A DNA stretch of 44,242 nucleotides from a candidate division WWE3 bacterium. GTDB lineage: Bacteria; Patescibacteriota; WWE3; UBA101185; UBA10185. The notes beneath the pieces were generated by a model, which was not told the origin of the DNA, made no database searches, and was given only the letters and a program-made list of their open reading frames with translations. A program made the translations under genes and the position numbers. Where the stretch lies: NCBI GenBank assembly GCA_945897985.1, contig CAMDGN010000002.1, positions 1-44,242 of the forward strand, read 5' to 3'. Below, piece after piece: positions 27,836 to 36,477 of the stretch. Each line of letters opens with the position of its first letter. Position 1 is the first letter of the stretch.

Positions 27836-29032
27836 ATGACTGAAAAGTATAATATTATTTGCCTTTCCAATCAACTTTGGGACTACCCAAATTGGACAAA
27901 TAAAAGACATGTGATGTATAGAATGGGTCAGTTAGGTCACCGAATCGTTTTTGTAGACCCTCCAATTAATTTTGGAAAAGTCCTCCTAACTCAATTTAAA
28001 AAAGGGTTTTTTACATTAGGGAGGTTATTTAAAGGTTACAAAGTTGCCGACAACGTTTTAATTTATACACCAATTAAATTCTTACCCTTCACGAAATTTT
28101 ATTCAGAATATTTTGCTAAGCAAATTAATAACCTAACTAAGAACTTTTTTAAAAACGAAAATAAGACCATTCTCTGGATTTATAATGTAGAAATAGAACA
28201 CCTGGAGAGTTATCTTGATGGAGTTAACAAAGACTATCTTCTATACGATTGTGTTGATTATTATGCAGGTTTTCCAAGATACGCAACCAAAGAGTCTAAG
28301 GATGTCTTTTTAAAAGTCGAGAAGGATCTTACTCAAAAGGCTGACTTAGTTTTCGCAACAGCTCCAGGTTTAGTTGAGAGACTTAAAAAATATAATTCAA
28401 GAACTTATTACACTCCCAACGTAGGTGATTTCGAGTTATTTCACGACATCAAGGAGAAATACAGAAACGATACTCCCTTAGAGTTAAAGAATGTTAAGCA
28501 TCCAATCGTTGGTTATATTGGGGCCCTTGATACATATAAATTTGATTACGAAATTCTAAAGGAAGCTGCAACTACCTATCCCGATTATAGTTTTGTAATT
28601 ATTGGCGATATAGCATTAAAAGATAGGGAAGGTACTCTTAAAGAATTAGGACTAGAGCAGATTTCAAACATTTATTTTCTTGGTTCCATTCCATTTATTA
28701 AGACTCCAAAATATATGGCTCAATTTGACGCTGAGTTAATTCCTTATGTATACAACGACTATACAGTTGGTGGCTGTTTCCCGGTTAAATTTTTTAATAC
28801 CATGTCCGCTGGCATCCCTTCGATAGTTACTGACTTGCCGGTATTTACTTTATATCGAGACATTACTTATATCTCTAAAGGAAAAGCAGATTTTGTTGCG
28901 AATATTAAAAAAGCCTTGGAAGAAGACAGTGAGCAGAAATATAAAGAGAGAGTCTCGGTTGCATCAGAAAATACCTGGGATTCAAAAGTTTCAGCTATGC
29001 TGCATCTAATTAAGAGTAATTTTAAATCATGA
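27836..29032 (+). CDS. GT-B fold glycosyltransferase (TuaH-like GT4 relative) lacking the EX7E glutamates
   Basis: N-terminus IICLSNQLWDYPNWTNKRHVMYRMGQLGHRIVFVDPP resembles TuaH-type enzymes. The C-terminal region GGCFPVKFFNTMSAGIPSIVT has N where the second Glu normally sits. Confidence 0.6.
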   Translation: MTEKYNIICLSNQLWDYPNWTNKRHVMYRMGQLGHRIVFVDPPINFGKVLLTQFKKGFFTLGRLFKGYKVADNVLIYTPIKFLPFTKFYSEYFAKQINNLTKNFFKNENKTILWIYNVEIEHLESYLDGVNKDYLLYDCVDYYAGFPRYATKESKDVFLKVEKDLTQKADLVFATAPGLVERLKKYNSRTYYTPNVGDFELFHDIKEKYRNDTPLELKNVKHPIVGYIGALDTYKFDYEILKEAATTYPDYSFVIIGDIALKDREGTLKELGLEQISNIYFLGSIPFIKTPKYMAQFDAELIPYVYNDYTVGGCFPVKFFNTMSAGIPSIVTDLPVFTLYRDITYISKGKADFVANIKKALEEDSEQKYKERVSVASENTWDSKVSAMLHLIKSNFKS

Positions 29033-30132
29033 AAATTTTATTCACTTTAAATTCTTCAAATTTTGGAGGAATGGAGCAGACAGTTTTAGATTTAGTTCAG
29101 GGCTTGGGTTTTGAGTTTGAGAAATTTGTTATTTGTCCTGAAGGTGATTTAACCCCTAATTTTAAAACTTTCTCAAAAGTAATTTTACATCCCAAAATAA
29201 AGAGCTTTGATCTAGCCTATATCAAATTTTTAATCAAGTTTATTAAAGAGAATGAAATTGAGGTGATTCATGCCAATGAACCAAGAATTGTGTTTCATTC
29301 AATGGTAGCTGGGTTTTTAGCTGGAGTTAGAGTTAGGATCTCTCATACTCACACGCCTATTTCTATGTGGCAAATTCCTTGGACTAAGAAAATCTTCAAT
29401 CTAGTTCTTAATTCATTAGTAATAAATTTTCTAAGTACCAAAGAGATAGCTTTATCTAATTCTATTAAAAAACAAAAAATCAAAGAATTAGCCCTACCAA
29501 GCAAATTAGTAGTAATTCCTAATTGTCTTGACCCCACTTTTATTACAAATATAGCTAATTATAAAAAACCTAGAAAAACAATATTAAGTAAATTGAAAAT
29601 TGAAGATAAGTTTGTGTTTCTTTATCTAAGTAGGCTAACTAAAGAAAAGAATCAGAAGTTATTAATTGAAGCTTTTTATTCTCTCTGTAAAACCAATAAC
29701 GACTCTATTCTTGTAATTGCAGGTAAAGGATCTGATTATGAAGTGCTTAAAAAAAGAATTTCGGCCTTAAACTTGGAAAAAAGAATTTTTATTTTAAACG
29801 AAGTTTCCGATGCTGATAAAATAGATTTATATATGTCTTCCGATTGCTTTGTATTTCCGACTTTAGCTGAAGGTTTTGGAATAACATTGATAGAGGCAAT
29901 GTTTTCATGCTATCCTGTGATTTCCTCAAATTTAGATGTTCTAAAGGAGGTTTCTGGAAATAAAGTTTTGTTTTTCAAAAACAATAATCAGAAATCACTT
30001 ACTTCAAAATTAAAGGAAGCACTAAAATTAAAAGAGGGGCCAAGCAAATTAGTTGAAAACAAAAAATTTGTATTAGCAAATTATTCAACGGAAAAATATA
30101 TAGAAAATTATGAAAGTTTGTATAAAAATTAA
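29029..30132 (+). CDS. GT4 glycosyltransferase
   Basis: SRLTKEKN; PTLAEGFGITLIEAMFSCYPVISS (EX7E). ATGA overlap upstream. Confidence 0.8.
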   Translation: MKILFTLNSSNFGGMEQTVLDLVQGLGFEFEKFVICPEGDLTPNFKTFSKVILHPKIKSFDLAYIKFLIKFIKENEIEVIHANEPRIVFHSMVAGFLAGVRVRISHTHTPISMWQIPWTKKIFNLVLNSLVINFLSTKEIALSNSIKKQKIKELALPSKLVVIPNCLDPTFITNIANYKKPRKTILSKLKIEDKFVFLYLSRLTKEKNQKLLIEAFYSLCKTNNDSILVIAGKGSDYEVLKKRISALNLEKRIFILNEVSDADKIDLYMSSDCFVFPTLAEGFGITLIEAMFSCYPVISSNLDVLKEVSGNKVLFFKNNNQKSLTSKLKEALKLKEGPSKLVENKKFVLANYSTEKYIENYESLYKN

Positions 30133-30135
30133 ATT

Positions 30136-31260
30136 ATGAAGATTCTTCTTTGGACAAGGTCCGATTGTTTTAAAGCCAAAGGTGGGGATATGGTTCAGAT
30201 TGAAAATACCTTTGTGGAGTTAAAGAAGTTGGGAATTGATGTTGTTATATCCGACAAGAATAATGTTAATTTAGATGAATTTGATATTGTTCATCTTTTC
30301 CAACTAGATTGGACTCCTGAAACTTATCTTCATGCTAAAAGAGCTAAAGCTATGGGTAAGAAGATTATTATTTCCCCAATTCATCACAGCGTTGATGAGG
30401 TTAAGAAATTTGATAATGAATATGTTTTTGGACTCAGAAGAATTTCAAAATTACTATTTGTTGATCAATTTCAAAGAGATACATTTAAAAACATTTACAG
30501 ATCTATTTTGGATAGAAATAAGGCTCTACCAACTCTTTATTCAGTCTTAATTGGGCTAAAGGAGATGAATAAGAGGGTTCTTGCGTGGGCTGATGTTGTT
30601 TTAGTACAAACCAAACTTGAGGCTCAGGAGCTGAAAAATACCTATAATATTGATTTCAAATGGGAAGTTATACCAAACGGCGTGACATCCTTTTATACCG
30701 AAAAATCTAAATTAAAAAATCTATTTGATTTCGAAGACTATATTATTTGTGTGGGAAGAATTGAACCTAGAAAAAATAACCTCAACATTATTGCAGCAGT
30801 TAAGCAGATTAGGAAAGAATTAAATAAGGATATTAAACTTGTTTTTGTTGGAAAGAAATCCAATAAACACAGAGAATACACCGCCCTATTTGATATAGAA
30901 GTTGCTAAAAATGACTGGATTCATTTCAAAGATTATCTTTCGTATAGCTCAATGCCTGCAGTTTATAAATTTGCTAAAGTTTGTGTATCTGCATCTTGGT
31001 TTGAAACTACAGGTTTAACTCTACTAGAAGCTTTATTTATGGGAACCAACGCAGTTTCTTCTTCCCCAAGAGCTGAGGAAATTCTTGGTGAATTCTCTTC
31101 ATATTGTAAACCAGAGAGCGTTGAGTCTATTGCTTCGGCTATTAAAACAGAGTATTTTAGAACTAGACCTAAACTTCCATCCAGTTTTAAAGAAGAGTAT
31201 ACCTGGGAAAATACGGCTAAGAAGACCTCATTAATATATAAGGCTTTATTAAATGATTGA
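30136..31260 (+). CDS. GT4 glycosyltransferase
   Basis: GRIEPRKN; SWFETTGLTLLEALFMGTNAVSS (EX7E). Confidence 0.75.
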   Translation: MKILLWTRSDCFKAKGGDMVQIENTFVELKKLGIDVVISDKNNVNLDEFDIVHLFQLDWTPETYLHAKRAKAMGKKIIISPIHHSVDEVKKFDNEYVFGLRRISKLLFVDQFQRDTFKNIYRSILDRNKALPTLYSVLIGLKEMNKRVLAWADVVLVQTKLEAQELKNTYNIDFKWEVIPNGVTSFYTEKSKLKNLFDFEDYIICVGRIEPRKNNLNIIAAVKQIRKELNKDIKLVFVGKKSNKHREYTALFDIEVAKNDWIHFKDYLSYSSMPAVYKFAKVCVSASWFETTGLTLLEALFMGTNAVSSSPRAEEILGEFSSYCKPESVESIASAIKTEYFRTRPKLPSSFKEEYTWENTAKKTSLIYKALLND

Positions 31261-34117
31261 AATATTACTTATTGCAGGAATTTTAATATTAACTCTAATT
31301 CTACTAAGATATAATTTTTATGCTTCTTTAATTCTTGCTCTAGTTTTATCAACCTTTTTACATAAAGAATTATTTTCAATTTACATTTGGGATATGCTTC
31401 CGATTAGAATTTTTATGGGAGCTTTTTTAATAAATTCGTTTTATGATTTTGTAAGATTTAACGGAATTTCTTTCAAATTTGTAAAATATCTTAAAGACCC
31501 CTTTATCTTATTAAATGTTTTATTGCTGATTTCTAAATTAGTTTCAATGGTAAACACACTAAACCTAACTGCATCACTTTCCCTGAATGCTTTTAATATT
31601 GCTATTACTGTTTTTGTAATTACTATTTATTTAAAACTTGATGCTGATCAAATTTTAGGCCTCTTTAAGAGTTACATTCCTCTAGCTGCCATCTTATCCT
31701 TTATTACATTTGTTCAGTTATTTTTCTATTTTAAATATTCCTTTTTATTTGGCGCAATTTTGAATATTGCTGGAAATACTGTTGATTTCCCTGCCTTCAG
31801 CTTGTCTAAAGAATTCTTCAACGACTCCTTAAAGTTAGTTGTAATGACTAGGGTTGGTAGTATTTTTTGGGACGTAAATCACTTTGGAGGCTTCTTGGCT
31901 GGGTTAGTTGTTCCATTACTTGCACTAGTTCTTACATTGAAGAAGAACAGAAATTTAAATATATTTTATTTTTTTATCCTTAATCTAACTTTATTTTTAA
32001 CCAACTCCAGAAGTGCCTGGATTCTTGCAGGAATTGCCTATCTAATATTCTTTGTTTTCGCGGTTTACAAAAAAATAGGTAAAAAGGGAATCGCTTATTC
32101 TCTAATTGGGTTTGGGTTATTTAGTTTGTTGCTGTTTTTTATGTATCAAGATAAGGATTCTTATTTTAGAGAAAAAGTAAGATCCTATTTTCACTACAGA
32201 CTTGATTCCTTTGACTCTCACTTTCTACTTCTTCAAGGTACTGTTGAGGTTTTTAATAAATTTCCACTTATCGGCGGCGGTACTGGTAGTTTTTTTGAGC
32301 ATTTCAAAACCACACCTTCTTCAAACGATTTTTTACGAAGGGATCCCGCTGGATTAAGTGTTAGGGTTCCGGCACATTCCATATGGGGAGAATCGTTATC
32401 CGAAGCCGGGGCTGTTGGTACTTCTATATTTGTATTAATTGTTTTATTAAATCTAGGGTATCTTCTATACTCCATAATACACAGCAAGGATAACTCTGAT
32501 TTCCTTTTACTCTCTGCCTTTTTTGGAACCATCATCGGATGGTTGATCTCAGGAATTTTTTATTCCTTTAATTCTGAGTTTTTTTACATCTTATTTTTCT
32601 TTCCAGTTATGTACTCTATTAAGAAGAATAATTTGATTCTTGAAGAAGTTTTGCTCTATTTTAAAAAGAAATCCTTTTACGCAACCTTAATTCTTTTTTC
32701 AATTTGTTTTTATATGGTTTTTATAAATATTGGGGCCAATAAATTGATAGCTTTTGATGAGGCAATCTACGCTAAAGTTGCCAAAAACATGTTTGAAACT
32801 GGTGATTTAATGACATTGACCTGGAAAGCTTATGATATTAATTGGTTTGAGAAGCCTTCCCTTTATTTTATTTTAACTTCCTTTGCTTATTCTCTATTTG
32901 GGGTTTCTGAATTTGCAGCTAGATTTGTGACTGCTTGTTTCTCTATTGTATGTTTAGCGTATGTCTATAAGCTTGGAAAAGAGCTAAAAGACTCCGTGAC
33001 TGGGTACTTTTCAGTCCTAGCTATGATTCTAAATGTTTCTTATTTGTATTACTCAAGAACCGCAATGCTGGACGTGATTCTTACAGCGTTTATTACTGCT
33101 TCTGTTTTCTATTTCTTAAAGGCTCAAAAAGGTAATAAGCTTTTAAATCTATCACTTTCCGGTTCAATGGTCGGGCTTGCAGTTATGACAAAGAGTATAG
33201 TTGGATTTTTACCGCTTGGAATTTACTTTTTGTATTACATTTATACTCTTATTAAAAAAGAAAATACTTACTTAGTTGCACTAAAAGAGCTTTCTTTACT
33301 GACAGGTGTATCTCTTTTGGTCTGCGCTCCTTGGCATTTTTATATGTGGTACTTACACGGAAGTGATTTTATTAATTCTTATTTTGGCTACCACTTATTT
33401 AAGCGATACACTTCAGCAATCGAGGATAAAGGCGGGCCTTGGTATTATTACTTTGTTGTTATTAGAAATACAATGCGATTATGGTTTTTAGTTTTGATTC
33501 CTTCACTTGCATACTTCATTTATAAAGCTTACAAAGAGAAGTTTTCTAATGAAAAGATTTTAATACTTATTTCTGCAGTAATTGTGATGTTATTTTTCTC
33601 AACCTCCTCTTCTAAACTTAAGTGGTATATTATGCCCATTTATCCATTTTTAGCTATAATTTGCGGCTATTTTGTCTCAGAAGCCAAGGAACTTTTATTT
33701 AAGAAAACTAAGTCACTTGTTATAGCTTTTGTAGCATCTTACTTATTTATTGTTGCCAATATATTTTACTTCTATACTCAAAGAGATATGGTCTACACTG
33801 GAGATCTGACTGGCAGGATTGTTACCTTAATTCAAAAAAATAATGAGTTGCCAAAAAAGGAAGTTGAGTACTCTTACTTTGATAAAACTGATTACCCTGT
33901 AGCACTTTATTACTCTGAGAAACCTTTTGAATTAGCTGACTTTTCTCCTTTAAAACAACATTTAACTAATCTTAAAAAGGATAATAATGGGGTGATTATG
34001 ACCAATACTTTCGTAACCAGTCAGAGCAGGTTCAGATCATTAAAGAATACTTTTCCTGAACTAACAATTATTTCTGAAAACAAAGACTACGTCTTAGGGT
34101 CTTTGACAGTTTACTAA
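31253..34117 (+). CDS. Fusion protein: N-terminal O-antigen polymerase/ligase-like domain (Wzy_C/WaaL family) plus C-terminal ArnT/PMT_2-like GT-C glycosyltransferase
   Basis: N-half (aa 1 to about 460): polytopic, LTNSRSAWILAGIAYLIFF, loop GGGTGSFFEHF...VPAHSIWGESLSEAGAVG (Wzy_C-type H..W/Y..L.E.G..G, His codon 32375-77). C-half (aa about 470-954): LIAFDEAIYAKVAKNMFETGDLMTLTW...WFEKPSLYF (Asp-Glu codons 32756-61), SRTAMLDVILT, MTKSIVGFLPLGIY. One uninterrupted 954-codon frame. Confidence 0.7.
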   Translation: MIEILLIAGILILTLILLRYNFYASLILALVLSTFLHKELFSIYIWDMLPIRIFMGAFLINSFYDFVRFNGISFKFVKYLKDPFILLNVLLLISKLVSMVNTLNLTASLSLNAFNIAITVFVITIYLKLDADQILGLFKSYIPLAAILSFITFVQLFFYFKYSFLFGAILNIAGNTVDFPAFSLSKEFFNDSLKLVVMTRVGSIFWDVNHFGGFLAGLVVPLLALVLTLKKNRNLNIFYFFILNLTLFLTNSRSAWILAGIAYLIFFVFAVYKKIGKKGIAYSLIGFGLFSLLLFFMYQDKDSYFREKVRSYFHYRLDSFDSHFLLLQGTVEVFNKFPLIGGGTGSFFEHFKTTPSSNDFLRRDPAGLSVRVPAHSIWGESLSEAGAVGTSIFVLIVLLNLGYLLYSIIHSKDNSDFLLLSAFFGTIIGWLISGIFYSFNSEFFYILFFFPVMYSIKKNNLILEEVLLYFKKKSFYATLILFSICFYMVFINIGANKLIAFDEAIYAKVAKNMFETGDLMTLTWKAYDINWFEKPSLYFILTSFAYSLFGVSEFAARFVTACFSIVCLAYVYKLGKELKDSVTGYFSVLAMILNVSYLYYSRTAMLDVILTAFITASVFYFLKAQKGNKLLNLSLSGSMVGLAVMTKSIVGFLPLGIYFLYYIYTLIKKENTYLVALKELSLLTGVSLLVCAPWHFYMWYLHGSDFINSYFGYHLFKRYTSAIEDKGGPWYYYFVVIRNTMRLWFLVLIPSLAYFIYKAYKEKFSNEKILILISAVIVMLFFSTSSSKLKWYIMPIYPFLAIICGYFVSEAKELLFKKTKSLVIAFVASYLFIVANIFYFYTQRDMVYTGDLTGRIVTLIQKNNELPKKEVEYSYFDKTDYPVALYYSEKPFELADFSPLKQHLTNLKKDNNGVIMTNTFVTSQSRFRSLKNTFPELTIISENKDYVLGSLTVY

Positions 34118-34139
34118 TTTAAAAATATTAATTAAAATT

Positions 34140-35333
34140 TTATCTTTGAGATTTATTTAAAATATAAAGAAATGTTACAGCAGTAAGTATTATTGAAGAA
34201 ATTAAATCAGCTGCAGCTAAGCCTGTAATCCCGAAATTTATAGTTAGGAAGAGGCTTAAAATAACGAAGAGAACTAATTTTCCTAGTGTAAAGCTAAGTA
34301 AAGTCTTAGATTTTTCTTCGATAAAGAAGTAGTTATCAAGGAATTTATGGATTGAAGAAAAGGCCTGAGCAAAAAGTAAGATTGAGAATATTAAGATAGA
34401 CTCATTAAATTTATCACCAAAAAATAAATTAAAAAAGAATGGTGAAATTAGGGACCCGATTGTAGCGAGAATAAGAACAAAAATTCCTAATATTAAAGAT
34501 TCCTTTAAATTGTAACTTAAATCATCCCTTTTTCTTTTTGCATTAGAAGTCAGTATTACTGTGTAAATGGAGTAAGAGACTACTGAAAATACATTTGAAA
34601 GTTTTGAAGCAAGGGAGAAGGTCCCAAGGTCACTTAAAGTACTAATTATTTTTAGGATTTGGTTTGAAATCGTATTCCAGCTTTCGTTTATGGTTTGACT
34701 AATACCAGCCAAAAAGAATCTAGATAAGAATTTATTAATTTTAAAGTTCAACTTAAATGTCTTTAATTCGTTTAATTTAAGGGGTAGCAATATTATTGAT
34801 GCTCCTATAGATAACGAAAAGATTTGAAAAGCTGTTTCAAGGTTAACATTGAAATGGTTGGTTAGGATTAAAGCTCCAAAAATACCTTTGATTAAAGCTG
34901 GGAAGAAGTTTAAAAGCGAGGCCAAGACAAATCTCTCATCCTTTTGGAATAAAGCAAACAGAAGGTAGTTGATACCGTAGAAAAATAACCCAAGGATAAA
35001 ATTAGTAAAAATCGAAAGGTTTTCGATTTCATTTAGGTAGTAAAGGATTAATATTGAAAGAAAAGCTGTAAAAACAAAGGCTACAATTTTAAAATTTATG
35101 AGTTCATTTAAATAGCTTTTACCTTTTCCGATATACTCTGATACAAAAGTTGAGTTTGATCCAAAATCGATAATTTTAGAAATTGAAACTAATAGGAGAG
35201 TAAGTAAGCTATAAATTCCAAATTCTTCCTTTGGAAGTTTGATAGCAACAGCTAAGAAGAGTAAAACACCTAAACCTAGGTTAATTAGGTTAGTGAGGGA
35301 TACTAGTGAGATGTTTTTAGCTGATTGCTTCAT
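34140..35333 (-). CDS. MOP-superfamily polysaccharide flippase (Wzx-like), third copy, the only minus-strand gene in the locus
   Basis: 397 aa, about 12 TM. N-terminus NISLVSLTNLINLGLGVLLFLAVAIKLPKEEFGIYSL. Confidence 0.6.
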   Translation of the reverse strand: MKQSAKNISLVSLTNLINLGLGVLLFLAVAIKLPKEEFGIYSLLTLLLVSISKIIDFGSNSTFVSEYIGKGKSYLNELINFKIVAFVFTAFLSILILYYLNEIENLSIFTNFILGLFFYGINYLLFALFQKDERFVLASLLNFFPALIKGIFGALILTNHFNVNLETAFQIFSLSIGASIILLPLKLNELKTFKLNFKINKFLSRFFLAGISQTINESWNTISNQILKIISTLSDLGTFSLASKLSNVFSVVSYSIYTVILTSNAKRKRDDLSYNLKESLILGIFVLILATIGSLISPFFFNLFFGDKFNESILIFSILLFAQAFSSIHKFLDNYFFIEEKSKTLLSFTLGKLVLFVILSLFLTINFGITGLAAADLISSIILTAVTFLYILNKSQR

Positions 35334-35339
35334 TTGTTT

Positions 35340-35345
35340 ATTATA
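35340..35345 (-). promoter_or_regulatory. Putative -10 box (TATAAT on the minus strand), 6 nt upstream of the minus-strand flippase ATG (comp. 35331-35333)
   Basis: The minus strand reads TATAAT-aaacaa-ATG. Confidence 0.5.
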
Positions 35346-35352
35346 TCTTACT

Positions 35353-35361
35353 TGGTAAAAT
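35353..35361 (+). promoter_or_regulatory. Putative extended -10 box (TGGTAAAAT), 6 nt upstream of ATG 35368
   Basis: TGGTAAAAT-catatt-ATG. Shares the 34-bp divergent gap with the minus-strand box. Confidence 0.5.
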
Positions 35362-35367
35362 CATATT

Positions 35368-36477
35368 ATGGAAAATATCAAGAAAATTGGAATTGATTGC
35401 AGAATGATTAAAGAGTCTGGGATTGGAAGATACATATATAACTTAATTGAAAACTTGGCAAAAACTGATACCCACAATGAGTACTATTTATTTTGCTATA
35501 ACAAAGAGAGTTTTGAAATTTCACTGCCTTCAAACTTCCATCTAATCTCAGCTCCGATTAAATGGCATACCATTTCCGAACAAACCCGTCTACTAAAAAT
35601 TATCAACTCTTATAGCTTAGACTTGTATCATTCTCCGCATCCAAATATGCCGTTTTTTTATTCAGGTAAGTTTGTGATTACAATTCATGATTTAACAATG
35701 CTTAAAGAAATGACAGGAAGAGCTTCAACCTATTTCTATCCTTTTTATTATTTCAAATGGTTAGTTTTTAAAATCATGCTTTCAAAGGTTATCAGGACTT
35801 CTGAAAAAATTATAACTGTTTCGGAATTCGTGAAAAAAGAAATTATTAATACATTCAACATATCTGAATCTAAGGTTGCGGTAATTTATAATGGGGTACC
35901 TGAAAAAATCCAAAAAAAGACCCAGTTAGAGGTGAGGGATACTTTATATAAATTTAAAATTAATAAACCTTTTCTATTTTATGTGGGAAATGCCTATCCT
36001 CATAAAAATCTTGAGAGACTTATTCTTGCTTTCACCTTATTTAATGTTGGAAATAAATTTGAGCTCATTCTTGGAGGTAAAGAAGATTTTTTCTATAAAA
36101 GATTAAAACTAGAAAACAAGAATCTGTCCAGCTTGCGATTTCTAGGAGAGTTAACTGACGAAGAAATTTCGGCTTTATATTCAGGTTGTCAGGCCTTTGT
36201 ATACCCAAGCATTAGCGAAGGCTTTGGAATTCAAATTATTGAAGCCATTAAATGTGAAGCCCGAATACTCTGTTCGGATAACACTTCTTTTCCTGAAATC
36301 GCTGGGGATTATGCGTACTATTTTAATCCTTTTGATGTTGAGGATATAAAAAATTGCTTGTCTGAAAATATAAATTCCTCGTACAAAGATAAAATAGATA
36401 AGTCCCTTGCTAGACTCAAAAACTTTAGTTGGAAATTGTCTGCCCAACAACATCATGAACTCTTCAAGAAAATATAA
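35368..36477 (+). CDS. GT4 glycosyltransferase
   Basis: GNAYPHKN; PSISEGFGIQIIEAIKCEARILCS (EX7E). Confidence 0.8.
   Translation: MENIKKIGIDCRMIKESGIGRYIYNLIENLAKTDTHNEYYLFCYNKESFEISLPSNFHLISAPIKWHTISEQTRLLKIINSYSLDLYHSPHPNMPFFYSGKFVITIHDLTMLKEMTGRASTYFYPFYYFKWLVFKIMLSKVIRTSEKIITVSEFVKKEIINTFNISESKVAVIYNGVPEKIQKKTQLEVRDTLYKFKINKPFLFYVGNAYPHKNLERLILAFTLFNVGNKFELILGGKEDFFYKRLKLENKNLSSLRFLGELTDEEISALYSGCQAFVYPSISEGFGIQIIEAIKCEARILCSDNTSFPEIAGDYAYYFNPFDVEDIKNCLSENINSSYKDKIDKSLARLKNFSWKLSAQQHHELFKKI

Noticed and set aside
34118-34139. Possible bidirectional terminator between the convergent Wzy::ArnT and flippase genes
   Set aside because: The 22-bp gap is entirely A/T (tttaaaaatattaattaaaatt) and cannot form a G/C-containing stem, so there is no intrinsic terminator structure.
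36407-36454. Sixteen-residue N-terminal extension of the GT4 gene (track start 36407)
   Set aside because: It would overlap the previous GT4 gene by 71 nt. ATG 36455 gives the typical GT4 start (KYKIAIVHDDF) with a 23-nt overlap like others in the locus. This is not decisive without homolog alignment.
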